Notes: a model not told the origin generated them from the sequence alone. Shown: positions 48,323-58,406, counted from the whole stretch's first letter. The stretch is 61,798 nucleotides of DNA, filler included, from 4 parts of 4 records of this genome joined end to end with filler, not necessarily neighbours in it, one strand, 5' to 3'. Program-made: numbers and translations.

Positions 48323-48945
48323 TTCTCTTGGATCGCGACTCCCCCGCAGTACAACAGGATAAGGCGCGGCTTCGTCAGAAGTTGCGCGCGACGCGTGATG
48401 CGTTGGACGAGCGAGCTGCCAGGATGGCGGCTCGCTCGCTTTGTATGAAGGTTAGTGCAGAGCCCTGGGCAAGACAGGTCATGCGCGTGGCGGCCTACGA
48501 GGCGCTCGGGCGAGAGCTTTGTGTACGGCCGCTGCTCGAGTGGTGGATGCGGCGCGGGGTCGAGGTCGTGTTGCCCAGAGTTACGGGGAAGGGTGAAATG
48601 GTGTTCGTGGCGTGCCAGGAGCCGCTCGATGCCGCCTTGCACCCTGGGAAGTGGGGCTTGAGAGAGCCGCTCGGGGAGCCGGTGCCGATAGAGTCCGTGG
48701 ACCTGATTTTGGTGCCCGGGACCGCCTTCGATCGCCATGGCGGGAGGCTCGGGATGGGCGGTGGTTTCTACGATCGCGCGTTGGCGACGCGCAGGTTGCA
48801 TACGCCGGGGGCGATGTGCCTCGGGGTGGGCTATCAGTTTCAGTTGCTCGAGGAGTGGCTCCCGATGGCGAGCTTCGATCAGCGCGTGGATCTTGTTTGC
48901 ACCCCGCAAGAGCTTGTCTGGTGCGGTCGAGCGCGCTTTTTCTGA
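48319..48945 (+). CDS. 5-formyltetrahydrofolate cyclo-ligase
   Basis: VVLPRV, WGLREP, DLILVPGTAFD..GGRLGMGGGFYDR. Confidence 0.94.
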   Translation: MILLDRDSPAVQQDKARLRQKLRATRDALDERAARMAARSLCMKVSAEPWARQVMRVAAYEALGRELCVRPLLEWWMRRGVEVVLPRVTGKGEMVFVACQEPLDAALHPGKWGLREPLGEPVPIESVDLILVPGTAFDRHGGRLGMGGGFYDRALATRRLHTPGAMCLGVGYQFQLLEEWLPMASFDQRVDLVCTPQELVWCGRARFF

Positions 48946-49561
48946 TGGCTTGTTTTCAGGGCACCAGAGGTGCTTTGTCTTGACATCGAGCCCCCCACAA
49001 ATGACAACGATAAGACGACGTCTGCTCGTGTTTCGTGTCTGCGAAGTGGCGAGCGGCGATTTCATACAACGCTCAAGAGTTCGATACAGTCAGGTTCTTC
49101 ACCCGTACGATCGCCTAAAATAAACCGAATCATGCCCGCGCGACAAAACGGGGGTGTGATTTACCGGGCGGAGTGTCTTTGGATCAAAGCGCGCTGCCTT
49201 TATAAAGGTCACGAAAACCGTCAACAGGAGCCTTCATGAAACGCATTCCAGGGAGTGGATAAGCACGCTGAACACGTACTGACAACAAGGTCAGGTGCGC
49301 TTGTTTGGCCATGATCACGTTGACGAACGACAACCTATTCGCGCGCTCGTAAGGAGGGCTCGCGACGCCTGCAATCACGCCAACTTCTGCTCTTCGATGA
49401 AGCCCGGAGGCGCCGCGTGAACCGCTCGCGTTGCCCCTTTTCTGCGGCCGCGTGGCGATACCTGGGGGTAGGCCCGGAGCACTCGCGAGTGCTCGGGATG
49501 CCTCCTCGGAAGACCCTCTCACTGGATCGACCTCCATGCGCTGACATCGGAGGTTGAAGAA

Positions 49562-51313
49562 GTGAACGAGATCCTGTTCACGGTGGCCGGCATCGTCTTC
49601 GGTGCCCTGGTTGCCTATTTTTACATGAAAAGTCGGCTCGAAGCCGAGCGCTCCAAGGTCGAGACGGTCCGCGTCGAGGCCAACGCCGAGGTGCAGTCGC
49701 GCGTCGACGTCAAGCTCGAAGCGCTCCGCGATGAGACCATCGAGAAGACGCGCAAGCGCGTCGAGCGCGACCTGCGCGAAGAGCTCGGTGATGAGGTCCG
49801 CGCGGACCTCGAAGACCGCTTTTCCGAAGAGATCAAATCACAAGTTCGCGAGCGCGCCGAAGAAGACGCGCGCCGCCTCGTCGAAGAAGGAACCACCAAA
49901 AAAGAAACCCTTATAAAGGACGCCGAGCTCAAGGCGCGCGAGATCACGCTCGCTGCCCAGAAAGAGGTCGAGGAAGACCTCAAGGAACGCCGCTCGGCGC
50001 TCGATAAGATCGAAGAACGCCTCTCCAAGCGCGAGACCAACCTCGACGCTCGCGCGCTCAAGCTCGACGAGAAAGAATCACTCGTCGAGGAGCGCGAGAC
50101 CTCGCTCAAAAACCGCGAGGAAGAACTCGAGACGCGCGATGCCAAACTCATCGAGCGCGAGGGCAACGTCCTCACCGAGCTCGAGCGCATCGGCAAGCTC
50201 ACCTCCGAGGAGGCGCGCCAGCAGATCATGGAGCGCGTCGAGGGCGAGGCAAAGATCGCGGCCGCCAAGAAGGTGCGCCAGATCGAAGAAGAGGCGATGG
50301 ACGAGGCAGACCGCCGCGCCAAGAAGATCATCTCCGTCTCCGTCCAACGCTACGCTGGTGAGTTCGCCGCCGAGCGTTGCGTCAGCGTCATCCAGCTCCC
50401 CACTGACGAGATGAAGGGGCGCATCATTGGCCGTGAAGGTCGAAACATCCGCGCGCTCGAAGCCGCCACGGGCATCGACGTCATCATCGACGATACCCCC
50501 GAGGCCGTGATCGTTTCAGGTTTCGATCCGGTGCGTCGCGAGATCGCGAGGTTGTCGCTCGAGAAGCTCATCAGCGATGGTCGCATCCACCCCTCGCGCA
50601 TCGAGGAGGTCGTGCAGAAGACCGAGCAAGAGGTCGCCCAGCAGATCAAGGACGCCGGCGAGCGCGCCGCGTTCGAGCTCGGCATCCACGGGCTGCACAT
50701 CGAGCTCATCAAGCTGCTCGGGAGGTTGCGCTACCGCACGAGCTACGGCCAGAACATGTGGTCGCACTCGATCGAGGTCGGCTTCCTCTGTGGTTTGATG
50801 GCCAGCGAGCTTGGCGTCAACGTCAAGCTCGCCAGGAGGGCAGGGCTGCTGCACGACATCGGTAAGGCGCTCACGCACGAGCAGGAGGGCTCTCACGCGC
50901 TCATCGGCGCGGATCTCGCCAAGAAGTATGGTGAGGTCGAGATCGTGCGCAACGCGATCGCGGCGCACCACAACGAGGAGCCTCAAAACTCCGTCATCGC
51001 ACACCTCGTCATCGCCGCCGACGCCCTGAGCGGTGCTCGCCCGGGCGCGCGCCGCGAGATCCTCGAGACGTATATCAAACGCCTCGAGGATTTGGAGCGG
51101 ATCTCCAATTCGTTCGAAGGGGTCGAGAAGACGTACGCGATCCAGGCAGGGCGCGAGATTCGCGTCATGGTCCAGAACTCACGCGTGAACGATGATCAGG
51201 CGTTTGTCCTGAGCCGCGAGATCGCGCGCAAGATCGAGGACGAGCTGACCTATCCAGGTCAGATCAAGGTCACCGTGATCCGCGAAACGCGCGCGGTGGA
51301 GTTCGCGCGCTAA
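49562..51313 (+). CDS. rny: Ribonuclease Y
   Basis: N-terminal TM, long coiled coil, [18 protein letters not shown] domain [30 protein letters not shown]. Confidence 0.97.
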   Translation: MNEILFTVAGIVFGALVAYFYMKSRLEAERSKVETVRVEANAEVQSRVDVKLEALRDETIEKTRKRVERDLREELGDEVRADLEDRFSEEIKSQVRERAEEDARRLVEEGTTKKETLIKDAELKAREITLAAQKEVEEDLKERRSALDKIEERLSKRETNLDARALKLDEKESLVEERETSLKNREEELETRDAKLIEREGNVLTELERIGKLTSEEARQQIMERVEGEAKIAAAKKVRQIEEEAMDEADRRAKKIISVSVQRYAGEFAAERCVSVIQLPTDEMKGRIIGREGRNIRALEAATGIDVIIDDTPEAVIVSGFDPVRREIARLSLEKLISDGRIHPSRIEEVVQKTEQEVAQQIKDAGERAAFELGIHGLHIELIKLLGRLRYRTSYGQNMWSHSIEVGFLCGLMASELGVNVKLARRAGLLHDIGKALTHEQEGSHALIGADLAKKYGEVEIVRNAIAAHHNEEPQNSVIAHLVIAADALSGARPGARREILETYIKRLEDLERISNSFEGVEKTYAIQAGREIRVMVQNSRVNDDQAFVLSREIARKIEDELTYPGQIKVTVIRETRAVEFAR

Positions 51314-51322
51314 ATCACTCGA

Positions 51323-52564
51323 TCACTTCGGCGCCACTTTTTCTTCGAGCTCTTTCTTCTTCGCCTCGACCTGGGCTTCTGTCCTGGTCGAGGCGTTCAG
51401 GTTCTTGAGCTCCTTGTCCACGCGTCGCGCCAACACAGGGTTCTTGCTCCCCTTGTGCTTCTCCAGAAACGCGATCGTCTCCTTGTCAGGGAACTGGCTA
51501 GCGAGCGCGCCGACGGCGTGCGCTCGCTCGCGCGCGGTGATCTTGTCGTTCTCGATGACGCGCTTGAAGAAGATCTCGGCGCGCTTGCACACCGACTCGC
51601 CAGCAGGAGGCGTGCGTCCATCGACGGGGGCCTCACAGATGCGGTCGAGCGCGAATGCGAACGGGCGCTTGTAGGTGCCCTCGTTTAGCCTTCGCGTGGC
51701 CTCGTCGAGCAGCACACCGCGCCACTGCGTCGCGTCAGGACATCGCAGCAACAACCTGGCAGGACCGCCGTTGGTCTTGTCATCGGGTTGCTTGATGTAC
51801 TCGCCAGCCCACTGGCAGATCTGCTCGGCCTCGGGCTTTGTCCACTCGCTCATCTGATCAGGCGCCTGGAATGCTGCCAGGCGGATCGCGTCGTGTTCGC
51901 TATCGACCTCTTTTCGGATCAGGTCGAAGAAGGTCAACCTCCCATACGCCATCACGCGCCGCAGCCCTTGCGAGTAAACCCACATGTGGAATCTGCTCGC
52001 GTTGGGGTCAAAGCGAAGCAGCGCCTCGCGCGCCTCGGCGTGCATGCCGCCGAGCGTGGCGGCGTCGATGGCGAACTTGATCGTGGACGCCGCGAGCTTG
52101 TTGCGGCGTGGGTTAAAGGTCTCGAGCACGGTCAAGAGGCGCTTGGTGGTCTCCTTGTCGGGGCCGCCGTCTTTCTTGGTGCCCGCGAGCCAGTAATACA
52201 TGTGGCGCTCGAGCGAATAAGCCGCCACGCGCTGCATCGCGAGGTCCTGGCCTGCGAGCACGGCGACGACCTGCGGGTAGAGCGCGAGCTGCTCCTTCTT
52301 GAGCAACTCCACGAGCGCCTTCGCCTCGTCCCCCTTGCACTTGCGCGGGACGTTATCGAGCGAGAGCTCGCAGTTCTCGGCGACCGCGCGCGCGGCATCC
52401 TCGAAGGATGCGCTGGCGGCCTCGCTCGCTGCTGGCGACGTGCTGGTCGCTGCAGGTTGTGTGGCGCTGGTGCCAGCAGTCGAAGAGGGCGCGCCCTTCT
52501 TCTCCTGACAGCCTGTGAGCGCGACGATCGCGCCGAGCAACAAGGGGACGTGATGCTTGATCAT
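51323..52564 (-). CDS. Lipoprotein of unknown function (alpha-helical, HEAT-like), paralog B
   Basis: Lipobox LTGC after MIKHHVPLLLGAIVA; AAGGA RBS; similar to the adjacent gene. Confidence 0.82.
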   Translation of the reverse strand: MIKHHVPLLLGAIVALTGCQEKKGAPSSTAGTSATQPAATSTSPAASEAASASFEDAARAVAENCELSLDNVPRKCKGDEAKALVELLKKEQLALYPQVVAVLAGQDLAMQRVAAYSLERHMYYWLAGTKKDGGPDKETTKRLLTVLETFNPRRNKLAASTIKFAIDAATLGGMHAEAREALLRFDPNASRFHMWVYSQGLRRVMAYGRLTFFDLIRKEVDSEHDAIRLAAFQAPDQMSEWTKPEAEQICQWAGEYIKQPDDKTNGGPARLLLRCPDATQWRGVLLDEATRRLNEGTYKRPFAFALDRICEAPVDGRTPPAGESVCKRAEIFFKRVIENDKITARERAHAVGALASQFPDKETIAFLEKHKGSKNPVLARRVDKELKNLNASTRTEAQVEAKKKELEEKVAPK

Positions 52565-52583
52565 GGCGTTGCTATCCTTTGGC

Positions 52584-53861
52584 TCAGCGTGGTTCGTGGC
52601 CCTTCTTGGGCTCACCGGAGGCTTTCTGCTTGGCGACGTTCTCTTTGACCTTTTGGCGGAGCTCGATCTTCTTGAGCGCGGCGGCGGCGTGCTTCTTGAT
52701 GACGCCATCCTGTGTGGCGAGCTGCTCGCGCACGAAGGCTTCCGCCTTGTCATCGGTCCAGATCGACGAGATCGTGGTCACCGCGTAGGCGCGCTCCTCG
52801 ACGGGCAGGTTCTTTGCTGCCGTCACCTCGACGAGCAGGGCGCGCGTGTCCGCGCAGGTGCCCGAGTCAGCGTAGCGCTCCTCGTCGGGGCGCTCCTTGC
52901 AAAGATCCCTGATCGCGTCGGCGAAGGGGCGCGCGTAGATCCCTTTTTCGATGCGGCGCTTGGCCTCTTCGAGCAAGGCTCCATCCCACTTCGTGCGATC
53001 GTTGCAGCGTACGAGCAACCTCGCGGGCATCGCCTTCCATTTGATGTCGTCATCGGCCTGGTAGTACTCGGAGGCCCACTCACAAATCGCGGCGGATTCC
53101 TCGTCTGTCCACGAGGGCATGTTCCAGGCAGCCTCGAACGCCGCGAGCTGCAGCGGGATGTGCTTCTTCGTCGCGACCTCCTTGACGTAGTCGAAGTTGC
53201 GCATGCGCCCGTAAATCATCAGGTGCTTGACCCCTTCGGCGTGCACCCACATCTCCCCCTTGTTCTCCTCGGGGTCGTAAGTGCGCAGCAGCCCGAGCGC
53301 CTCGTCATCCATCTGCTTGAGCGTGGCGGCCTCGATGGCCGTCCCGATGGATGCACGTGGCACAAGATCCACGGCGTGGCGATCGAGCAGCGGCGCCATC
53401 AATGTCTGCACGATCGCCGTGTCGAGCTTGTCAGGCGTCTCGGCGACAGCCGCGATCATCTGCGAGCCTTTCTCCTGCAGCGTATAGGCGGCGAGCCTTC
53501 TTGGAGGATCGGTCTGAGCGCCGAGCCCTGTCGCCAGCACCGGCAAGATCACCACGCCGTGCTCCTCGACCATCTTGAAGTACGTCTTCTGCGTCTCCTT
53601 GATGTCGTCACCCTCGCAGGTTGGCTTGTTGAACTCGTCGAACGTGCAGCCCTTGACCAACGTGTCGAAGTGGTTGCGGAAGGTCAGCTGCGTGCCAGCA
53701 GGGTCGAAGGTGTCCTCTTCGGCCATGTCCACAGACGCGCTCATATCAGCGTCCTGCGCCTCCACCTTTTTTTTCTTCCCGCACTTGCTGCACCCGGTGG
53801 TGATCAGCGCGGCGGCGATAAAGAGGGCGAGGATGGATGGGTTCCAGCGTCGGTATTGCAT
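52584..53861 (-). CDS. Lipoprotein of unknown function (alpha-helical, HEAT-like), paralog A
   Basis: Lipobox TTGC after MQYRRWNPSILALFIAAALI; shared motifs with 51323-52564. Confidence 0.82.
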   Translation of the reverse strand: MQYRRWNPSILALFIAAALITTGCSKCGKKKKVEAQDADMSASVDMAEEDTFDPAGTQLTFRNHFDTLVKGCTFDEFNKPTCEGDDIKETQKTYFKMVEEHGVVILPVLATGLGAQTDPPRRLAAYTLQEKGSQMIAAVAETPDKLDTAIVQTLMAPLLDRHAVDLVPRASIGTAIEAATLKQMDDEALGLLRTYDPEENKGEMWVHAEGVKHLMIYGRMRNFDYVKEVATKKHIPLQLAAFEAAWNMPSWTDEESAAICEWASEYYQADDDIKWKAMPARLLVRCNDRTKWDGALLEEAKRRIEKGIYARPFADAIRDLCKERPDEERYADSGTCADTRALLVEVTAAKNLPVEERAYAVTTISSIWTDDKAEAFVREQLATQDGVIKKHAAAALKKIELRQKVKENVAKQKASGEPKKGHEPR

Positions 53862-54212
53862 CGGTTCTCTCTGATGTTTCGGTAACCTCTTGGAGGGCGA
53901 TGACAAAGTCTCGACCACAACGGTCGATGCTTTCTTCAATGGCCCTCTCGCAGCCAGAAGACGCTACGGAGCCTGCGGGTTCGCGTCAAGCGCTCCCGGC
54001 GCGAGGGATGATTCTTGATGCTTTTGCACTTTCTATGTCATTAGACGGTCTGCGCGACCTCGACGTTTGCCTCGGGCACACGAAGAAGCGCGCTGACTCT
54101 CTATCGTCGAGGAGTGTTTCCCCGACGTTCGATGCGACGAACAGATCCACGGATCTGTTCAATTCCAATGTGCAGGGCGCACCGCCCGAGAAACCAAAGG
54201 AGCACCGGTTCC

Positions 54213-55529
54213 ATGAGCAGCGACGAGAAGACCACATCATTCCAGAGCAGCGTCCTCGCCGAACTTTCCTGGCGCGGACTTATCAAACAGGTCACCCACG
54301 ACGAGCTCGACGAGAAGCTCTCCGGCGAGGACCTGACGCTCTATTGTGGTTTTGATCCGAGCGCCGACTCGCTCCACGCTGGCAACCTCGTCTCGATCAT
54401 GGGCCTGGCGCACTTTCGCCGCCATGGCCACCACCCGATCGCGCTGGTTGGCGGCGCCACGGGCATGATCGGTGATCCGAGCGGCAAGTCCAACGAGCGC
54501 GATTTGCTCGATGACGAGATCTTGCAGAAGAACCTCGCTGGCATCAGCAAGCAACTTCGCACGATCCTCGATCGCTCCACGGAGATGCACGCCGAAGGAC
54601 TCGACGCGAGCGAGCGCGAGATCCCGATCGTCAACAACGCCGATTGGATCAGGCCGTGGAGCTTCATCGACTTTCTGCGCGATGTCGGCAAGCACTTCAA
54701 GGTCAACCACATGATCAACAAGACCTCGGTCAAGGAGCGCCTCGAGAATCGCGATCAGGGCATCTCCTACACCGAGTTCTCCTACATGTTGATCCAGGGC
54801 TACGACTTCTTCCACCTCTTCAAGGAGCATGGCTGCACCTTGCAGATCGGTGGCAGTGACCAGTGGGGCAACATCACCGCGGGCACGGACTTGATCCGCT
54901 CCAAGGAGCGCACCAGCGCCTTTGGCGCGACGTTCAACCTGCTCACGGACAAGAACGGTAAAAAATACGGCAAGAGCGAGGCGGGAGCCATCTGGCTCGA
55001 CGCCGAGCGAACCTCGCCGTACCAGTTCTTCCAGTACTGGCTCGGCGTCGATGATGAAGAGGTCGGCAAGCTGCTTCGCACCTTCACCTTCCTCTCGCAG
55101 GAGAAGATCGAGGAGCTCGAGGCGGACCCCTACAACGGCAAGAAGGTCTTCGCTTACGAGATCACCGCGCTCGTCCATGGCAAGGACGCCGCCGACAAGG
55201 TGGTTCGCGCGAGCAAGGTGTTATTTGGCGGCGAGATGGATCAGTTGACCGATGCGGACCTCAAGGACGCGTTCGCCGAGGTCCCGACGACCGAGGTCTC
55301 CAGGCAACGCCTGGAGGAAGGGATCGAGGTGCTCGACCTGTTCGTCGAGGTTGGCCTGGAGAAGTCCAAGGGCGCCGCGCGTCGCAAGCTCGAGCAGGGC
55401 GGTCTCTATCTCAATAACAACCGCATCGAAGACCGCGAGCAAGTGATCGGCTTGCAGGATCTTGCCACGGAGACCGCGATTTTCCTGCGGTCTGGCAAGA
55501 GAAACAAGCACCTCTTGCGCATGGTCTGA
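54213..55529 (+). CDS. tyrS: Tyrosine--tRNA ligase
   Basis: YCGFDPSADSLHAGN (HIGH), QIGGSDQWGNI, KYGKS (KMSKS), C-terminal S4; AAGGAG RBS. Confidence 0.97.
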   Translation: MSSDEKTTSFQSSVLAELSWRGLIKQVTHDELDEKLSGEDLTLYCGFDPSADSLHAGNLVSIMGLAHFRRHGHHPIALVGGATGMIGDPSGKSNERDLLDDEILQKNLAGISKQLRTILDRSTEMHAEGLDASEREIPIVNNADWIRPWSFIDFLRDVGKHFKVNHMINKTSVKERLENRDQGISYTEFSYMLIQGYDFFHLFKEHGCTLQIGGSDQWGNITAGTDLIRSKERTSAFGATFNLLTDKNGKKYGKSEAGAIWLDAERTSPYQFFQYWLGVDDEEVGKLLRTFTFLSQEKIEELEADPYNGKKVFAYEITALVHGKDAADKVVRASKVLFGGEMDQLTDADLKDAFAEVPTTEVSRQRLEEGIEVLDLFVEVGLEKSKGAARRKLEQGGLYLNNNRIEDREQVIGLQDLATETAIFLRSGKRNKHLLRMV

Positions 55530-55596
55530 GGTCTTTGTTCCGAGAGCTTTTACGCCGTAGCGGCGCGCGAAAAAGGCCCGCGAAAAACTGCCCGAC

Positions 55597-55696
55597 NNNN
55601 NNNNNNNNNNNNNNNNNNNNNNNNNNNNNNNNNNNNNNNNTTAATTAATTAANNNNNNNNNNNNNNNNNNNNNNNNNNNNNNNNNNNNNNNNNNNN
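55597..55696. other. Artificial contig linker
   Basis: N44-TTAATTAATTAA-N44. Confidence 0.99.
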
Positions 55697-55768
55697 AAGC
55701 CACTCTCCCGATCTCACTTCCCGTCAAACCCTTCACAACCACTCTCTCCCTCTAAGCTGGGTTAGAAA

Positions 55769-55784
55769 GTTGGCCATGGCCAAC
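55769..55784. promoter_or_regulatory. parS-like palindrome of the repABC replicon (copy 1)
   Basis: GTTGGCCATGGCCAAC perfect 16-bp palindrome, GTT-N10-AAC type; near-identical copy at 58407. Confidence 0.8.
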
Positions 55785-55788
55785 TAAG

Positions 55789-57081
55789 GGGCACCTCGAT
55801 TTTTGACTGTTTTCTCGACTATGGAGCAGTTGGCGCAGCCTGAAGGGCTTGGAAGGCCGTCAGTTGACGGGTTGTTGCGTCGGGTCTGATGATGCGCAGC
55901 CCATTTCAGGGTCGTTTTTGGCGATGAGCAGCATGACCTGCGTCTCTGGCGGTCTGTTTGTCATGCCGGATTTGGGTTGATGCGGCGCAACTGGCAGAGG
56001 CGGCGCATGTTGTAGGCAAGGTTCTTCAGCCCGATCTTGGCTTTGGCCCGCACCAGACCGATGGTGCGCACCAAGGTGCCGCCCATGTCGTTTGCCTGCG
56101 CGCCGAAGACATGCTCAACCCGGACCCGCACGGTGGATTTGGTCCGGTTGCTGCCCTTGGCCTGTGCAGTCAGCGGCTTGCCGCGCTTGCCCTTGCGGTG
56201 GATGTGGCTTTTCAGGTTCCGAGCGCGCAGCTTTACCTCCATTTCCTCGGAGCGATAGGCTGAATCCGCCCATACTCCGGACCCGGTATTGCCCCGCATC
56301 AGCAGGTAATCCACCGCCTGGCTGTCATGCTGGGCTGCGTCGCTGACGTGGTAGCGGCGGACCAACTTGTGCTTTCGATCCACATTCACGTGGTTCTTGT
56401 AGCCGTAGTGGCTCTTGCCGTGCTTTTTCGTCCAGCGCGCGTCCATGTCCTTCTGCACCCGTTTCGCCAGTTTGTCTGCCCAATCCTCGGGCACCTCACC
56501 CTTCTTGATCGTTGCGTTTTCCTCGCGCGTGTTGTGGTTGCGCGGCACCGGCACAATGGAAGCATCAAGGATCTGCCCGCCACGGGCAATATACCCCTGT
56601 CGCGCCAGATGACCGTCGAACAACCCGAACAATTCCTCTACCTTGCCCGCGTGCGCCAGCGCGTCTCGATAAAGCCACACCGTCTTGGCATCGGGCACCC
56701 GATCCCCGAGACCCAACCCCAAAAACCGCATGAAAGACAGCCGGTCGCGGACCTGATATTCGATTTGGTCATCCGACAGGTTGTAGAGTGCGCTCAGCAC
56801 CAGCGCTTTGAACATCACCACCGCGTCCATCGGCTTGCGCCCGGCGCGGGATTTGCGATCCGCATCCGGCTTGCGCCAGACCCGTTCAAGAGCCGGGCGA
56901 AACTCTTCCCACGGCACGACGGCATCGATCTCCACCAGCGGGTCCTTCTTGGCGTCAAGGCTCGCATAACGGTCCGAAAGATCAAAGAAACCCATCTGCG
57001 TCATTGCTGCATCCCCTATATGCCGGTTCACCAAGTCACGATATCGCAGCGCCAAGGTCAGGGCAATTTTTAGAGATGCCC
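55789..57081 (-). mobile_element. IS5 family insertion sequence (about 1293 bp)
   Basis: Terminal IRs GGGCACCTC / GAGATGCCC, flanking direct repeat (C)TAAG, one transposase. Confidence 0.9.
55961..57004 (-). CDS. IS5 family transposase
   Basis: LYNLSDDQIE, VPDAKTVW, ILDASIV, DMDARW.K..K..YGYKNH, WADSAY, RVRVEHVFG, NLAYN. Confidence 0.95.
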   Translation of the reverse strand: MTQMGFFDLSDRYASLDAKKDPLVEIDAVVPWEEFRPALERVWRKPDADRKSRAGRKPMDAVVMFKALVLSALYNLSDDQIEYQVRDRLSFMRFLGLGLGDRVPDAKTVWLYRDALAHAGKVEELFGLFDGHLARQGYIARGGQILDASIVPVPRNHNTREENATIKKGEVPEDWADKLAKRVQKDMDARWTKKHGKSHYGYKNHVNVDRKHKLVRRYHVSDAAQHDSQAVDYLLMRGNTGSGVWADSAYRSEEMEVKLRARNLKSHIHRKGKRGKPLTAQAKGSNRTKSTVRVRVEHVFGAQANDMGGTLVRTIGLVRAKAKIGLKNLAYNMRRLCQLRRINPNPA

Positions 57082-58227
57082 TAAGGTATGTTTGGTAGCT
57101 GAAATGATTCGAGCTAGGTATGCGTCAGGGTTGGAGATTTGCTCTGCACTGCCAGCAATCTGGTTTTGGACCATTAGTGTTTTCGCGTAACCTATTGTTG
57201 AAATCGCTTTCGTTAGGGTAACCTGAGCTATTCTAAGCATCTTTCCAAACTCGAAGATTATTTGCACCATAGCGCGCTCTGTTCGAGGCGTACTGGGATA
57301 GAACTCAGACAGGACTGTCAGACTGTTCCAAAACTCTGTGTTTGAATCTGGCGTAGTTTTTTTTGTATATGATTTTTGTGGTTCTTTGTGCCGGACATTT
57401 CGACCGTCTGTGGCGGTCATTGTGGCTGTATCATCAAGGTTCTGTTGTGGCTGATTTATGGTGGTGGTTTTAGATTCTATCGTGGCAACAGGTGCTTGGG
57501 TTCCTTCTGTATTGGCCTGATCCACGCCCATGAGAACGTCTGTAAGCTTGTCAATGATTGCGCGGGCTTGCACTAGCGTCGTACTGGCGCGGCGCATGAT
57601 GTTGCGTGTTCCTTCCAAGAAAGTACTTACGTCTTCGCCTACGGGTAGTCTTAAACATTCCATACGCAGCTTCTGGATATAGGAGCGAAGACCGCGCAGC
57701 TCATCGGCTTCCTGACGACGCTTTTGGGCGAGGGCAAAAAGTTCTTCTGCCCGTGCCAGGAGAGGGGAAAGGTCAATGCCGAATGCGCCGATAACCTTCC
57801 CGCCGCGATGAATTGGGAACCGTTTCCCGTTAGCACTGTCTTTGCGTTGGATCAGCCCAACTTCTTCTAGGCGTTCTAAATGACGCCTGAGCTGTCGCTC
57901 GGTGATCCCCTTGGCTCGAAAGCAAAGTGTATTATTGGACGCGTAGACGGTAAGCAAAGTTAGTGGCGAAATAGGTCTATCGAGACCTGATTTGGAATCT
58001 TTGCAAGGGAGGCAGCTGAGTAGAGCATCAATCACCATAACAGAGGCTGCGCGCAGTCCGAGGTCTTTGGAGACGGTGTTGACCGCGGCCATCAAATCTC
58101 GCCTCGTGATCGGTCTGAAAGAAGGTTGCTGCTCGATGCTGCCCATTCCCGCAAAGGCAATGGGCTCCTGCAAGGCACAGTTATCCTGCGCCTCGACTGC
58201 TGAAGTCGCGACTTGTTCCTGTTTCAT
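57070..58227 (-). CDS. repC: RepC replication initiator (last codons supplied by the IS)
   Basis: VYASN..LC.R..GITERQLRRHL..L...GLI.RKDSANGKRF, FGIDLSPL; downstream of repAB. Confidence 0.9.
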   Translation of the reverse strand: MKQEQVATSAVEAQDNCALQEPIAFAGMGSIEQQPSFRPITRRDLMAAVNTVSKDLGLRAASVMVIDALLSCLPCKDSKSGLDRPISPLTLLTVYASNNTLCFRAKGITERQLRRHLERLEEVGLIQRKDSANGKRFPIHRGGKVIGAFGIDLSPLLARAEELFALAQKRRQEADELRGLRSYIQKLRMECLRLPVGEDVSTFLEGTRNIMRRASTTLVQARAIIDKLTDVLMGVDQANTEGTQAPVATIESKTTTINQPQQNLDDTATMTATDGRNVRHKEPQKSYTKKTTPDSNTEFWNSLTVLSEFYPSTPRTERAMVQIIFEFGKMLRIAQVTLTKAISTIGYAKTLMVQNQIAGSAEQISNPDAYLARIISATKHTLGHL

Positions 58228-58270
58228 ATGATTTCAGACGGCAAAATGCGACCGGGCACCGAAATCGGTG

Positions 58271-58360
58271 TTGCAGTGATTCGTTTTTGGGAGTACCAAT
58301 ATAGTGCTAGTAAATCGGGACCCTCTGGAGAGCTTCACCGCCTTCGGGGGGTTTCTTTTT
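58271..58360 (+). ncRNA. Counter-transcribed antisense RNA (ctRNA/incA-like) with promoter
   Basis: TTGCAG-N17-TACCAA containing a GANTC site, then hairpin GGGACCCTCTGGAG...CTTCGGGGGGTTTC-TTTTT, antisense in the repB-repC gap. Confidence 0.8.
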
Positions 58361-58406
58361 GCGCGCTTGTCTGCCTCCTTGTTGTTTGCTTCTATCTTTT
58401 CCATAG

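Noticed and set aside
48970-49239. 89-aa ORF in the cyclo-ligase/rny gap
   Set aside because: Atypical codon usage, weak start and no motif; more likely non-coding leader
53940-54212. T-box riboswitch upstream of tyrS
   Set aside because: No GGTGGNACC T-box motif and no terminator/antiterminator pair visible
56327-57073. 248-aa ORF antisense to the transposase
   Set aside because: Mirror frame of the IS5 transposase with no independent support
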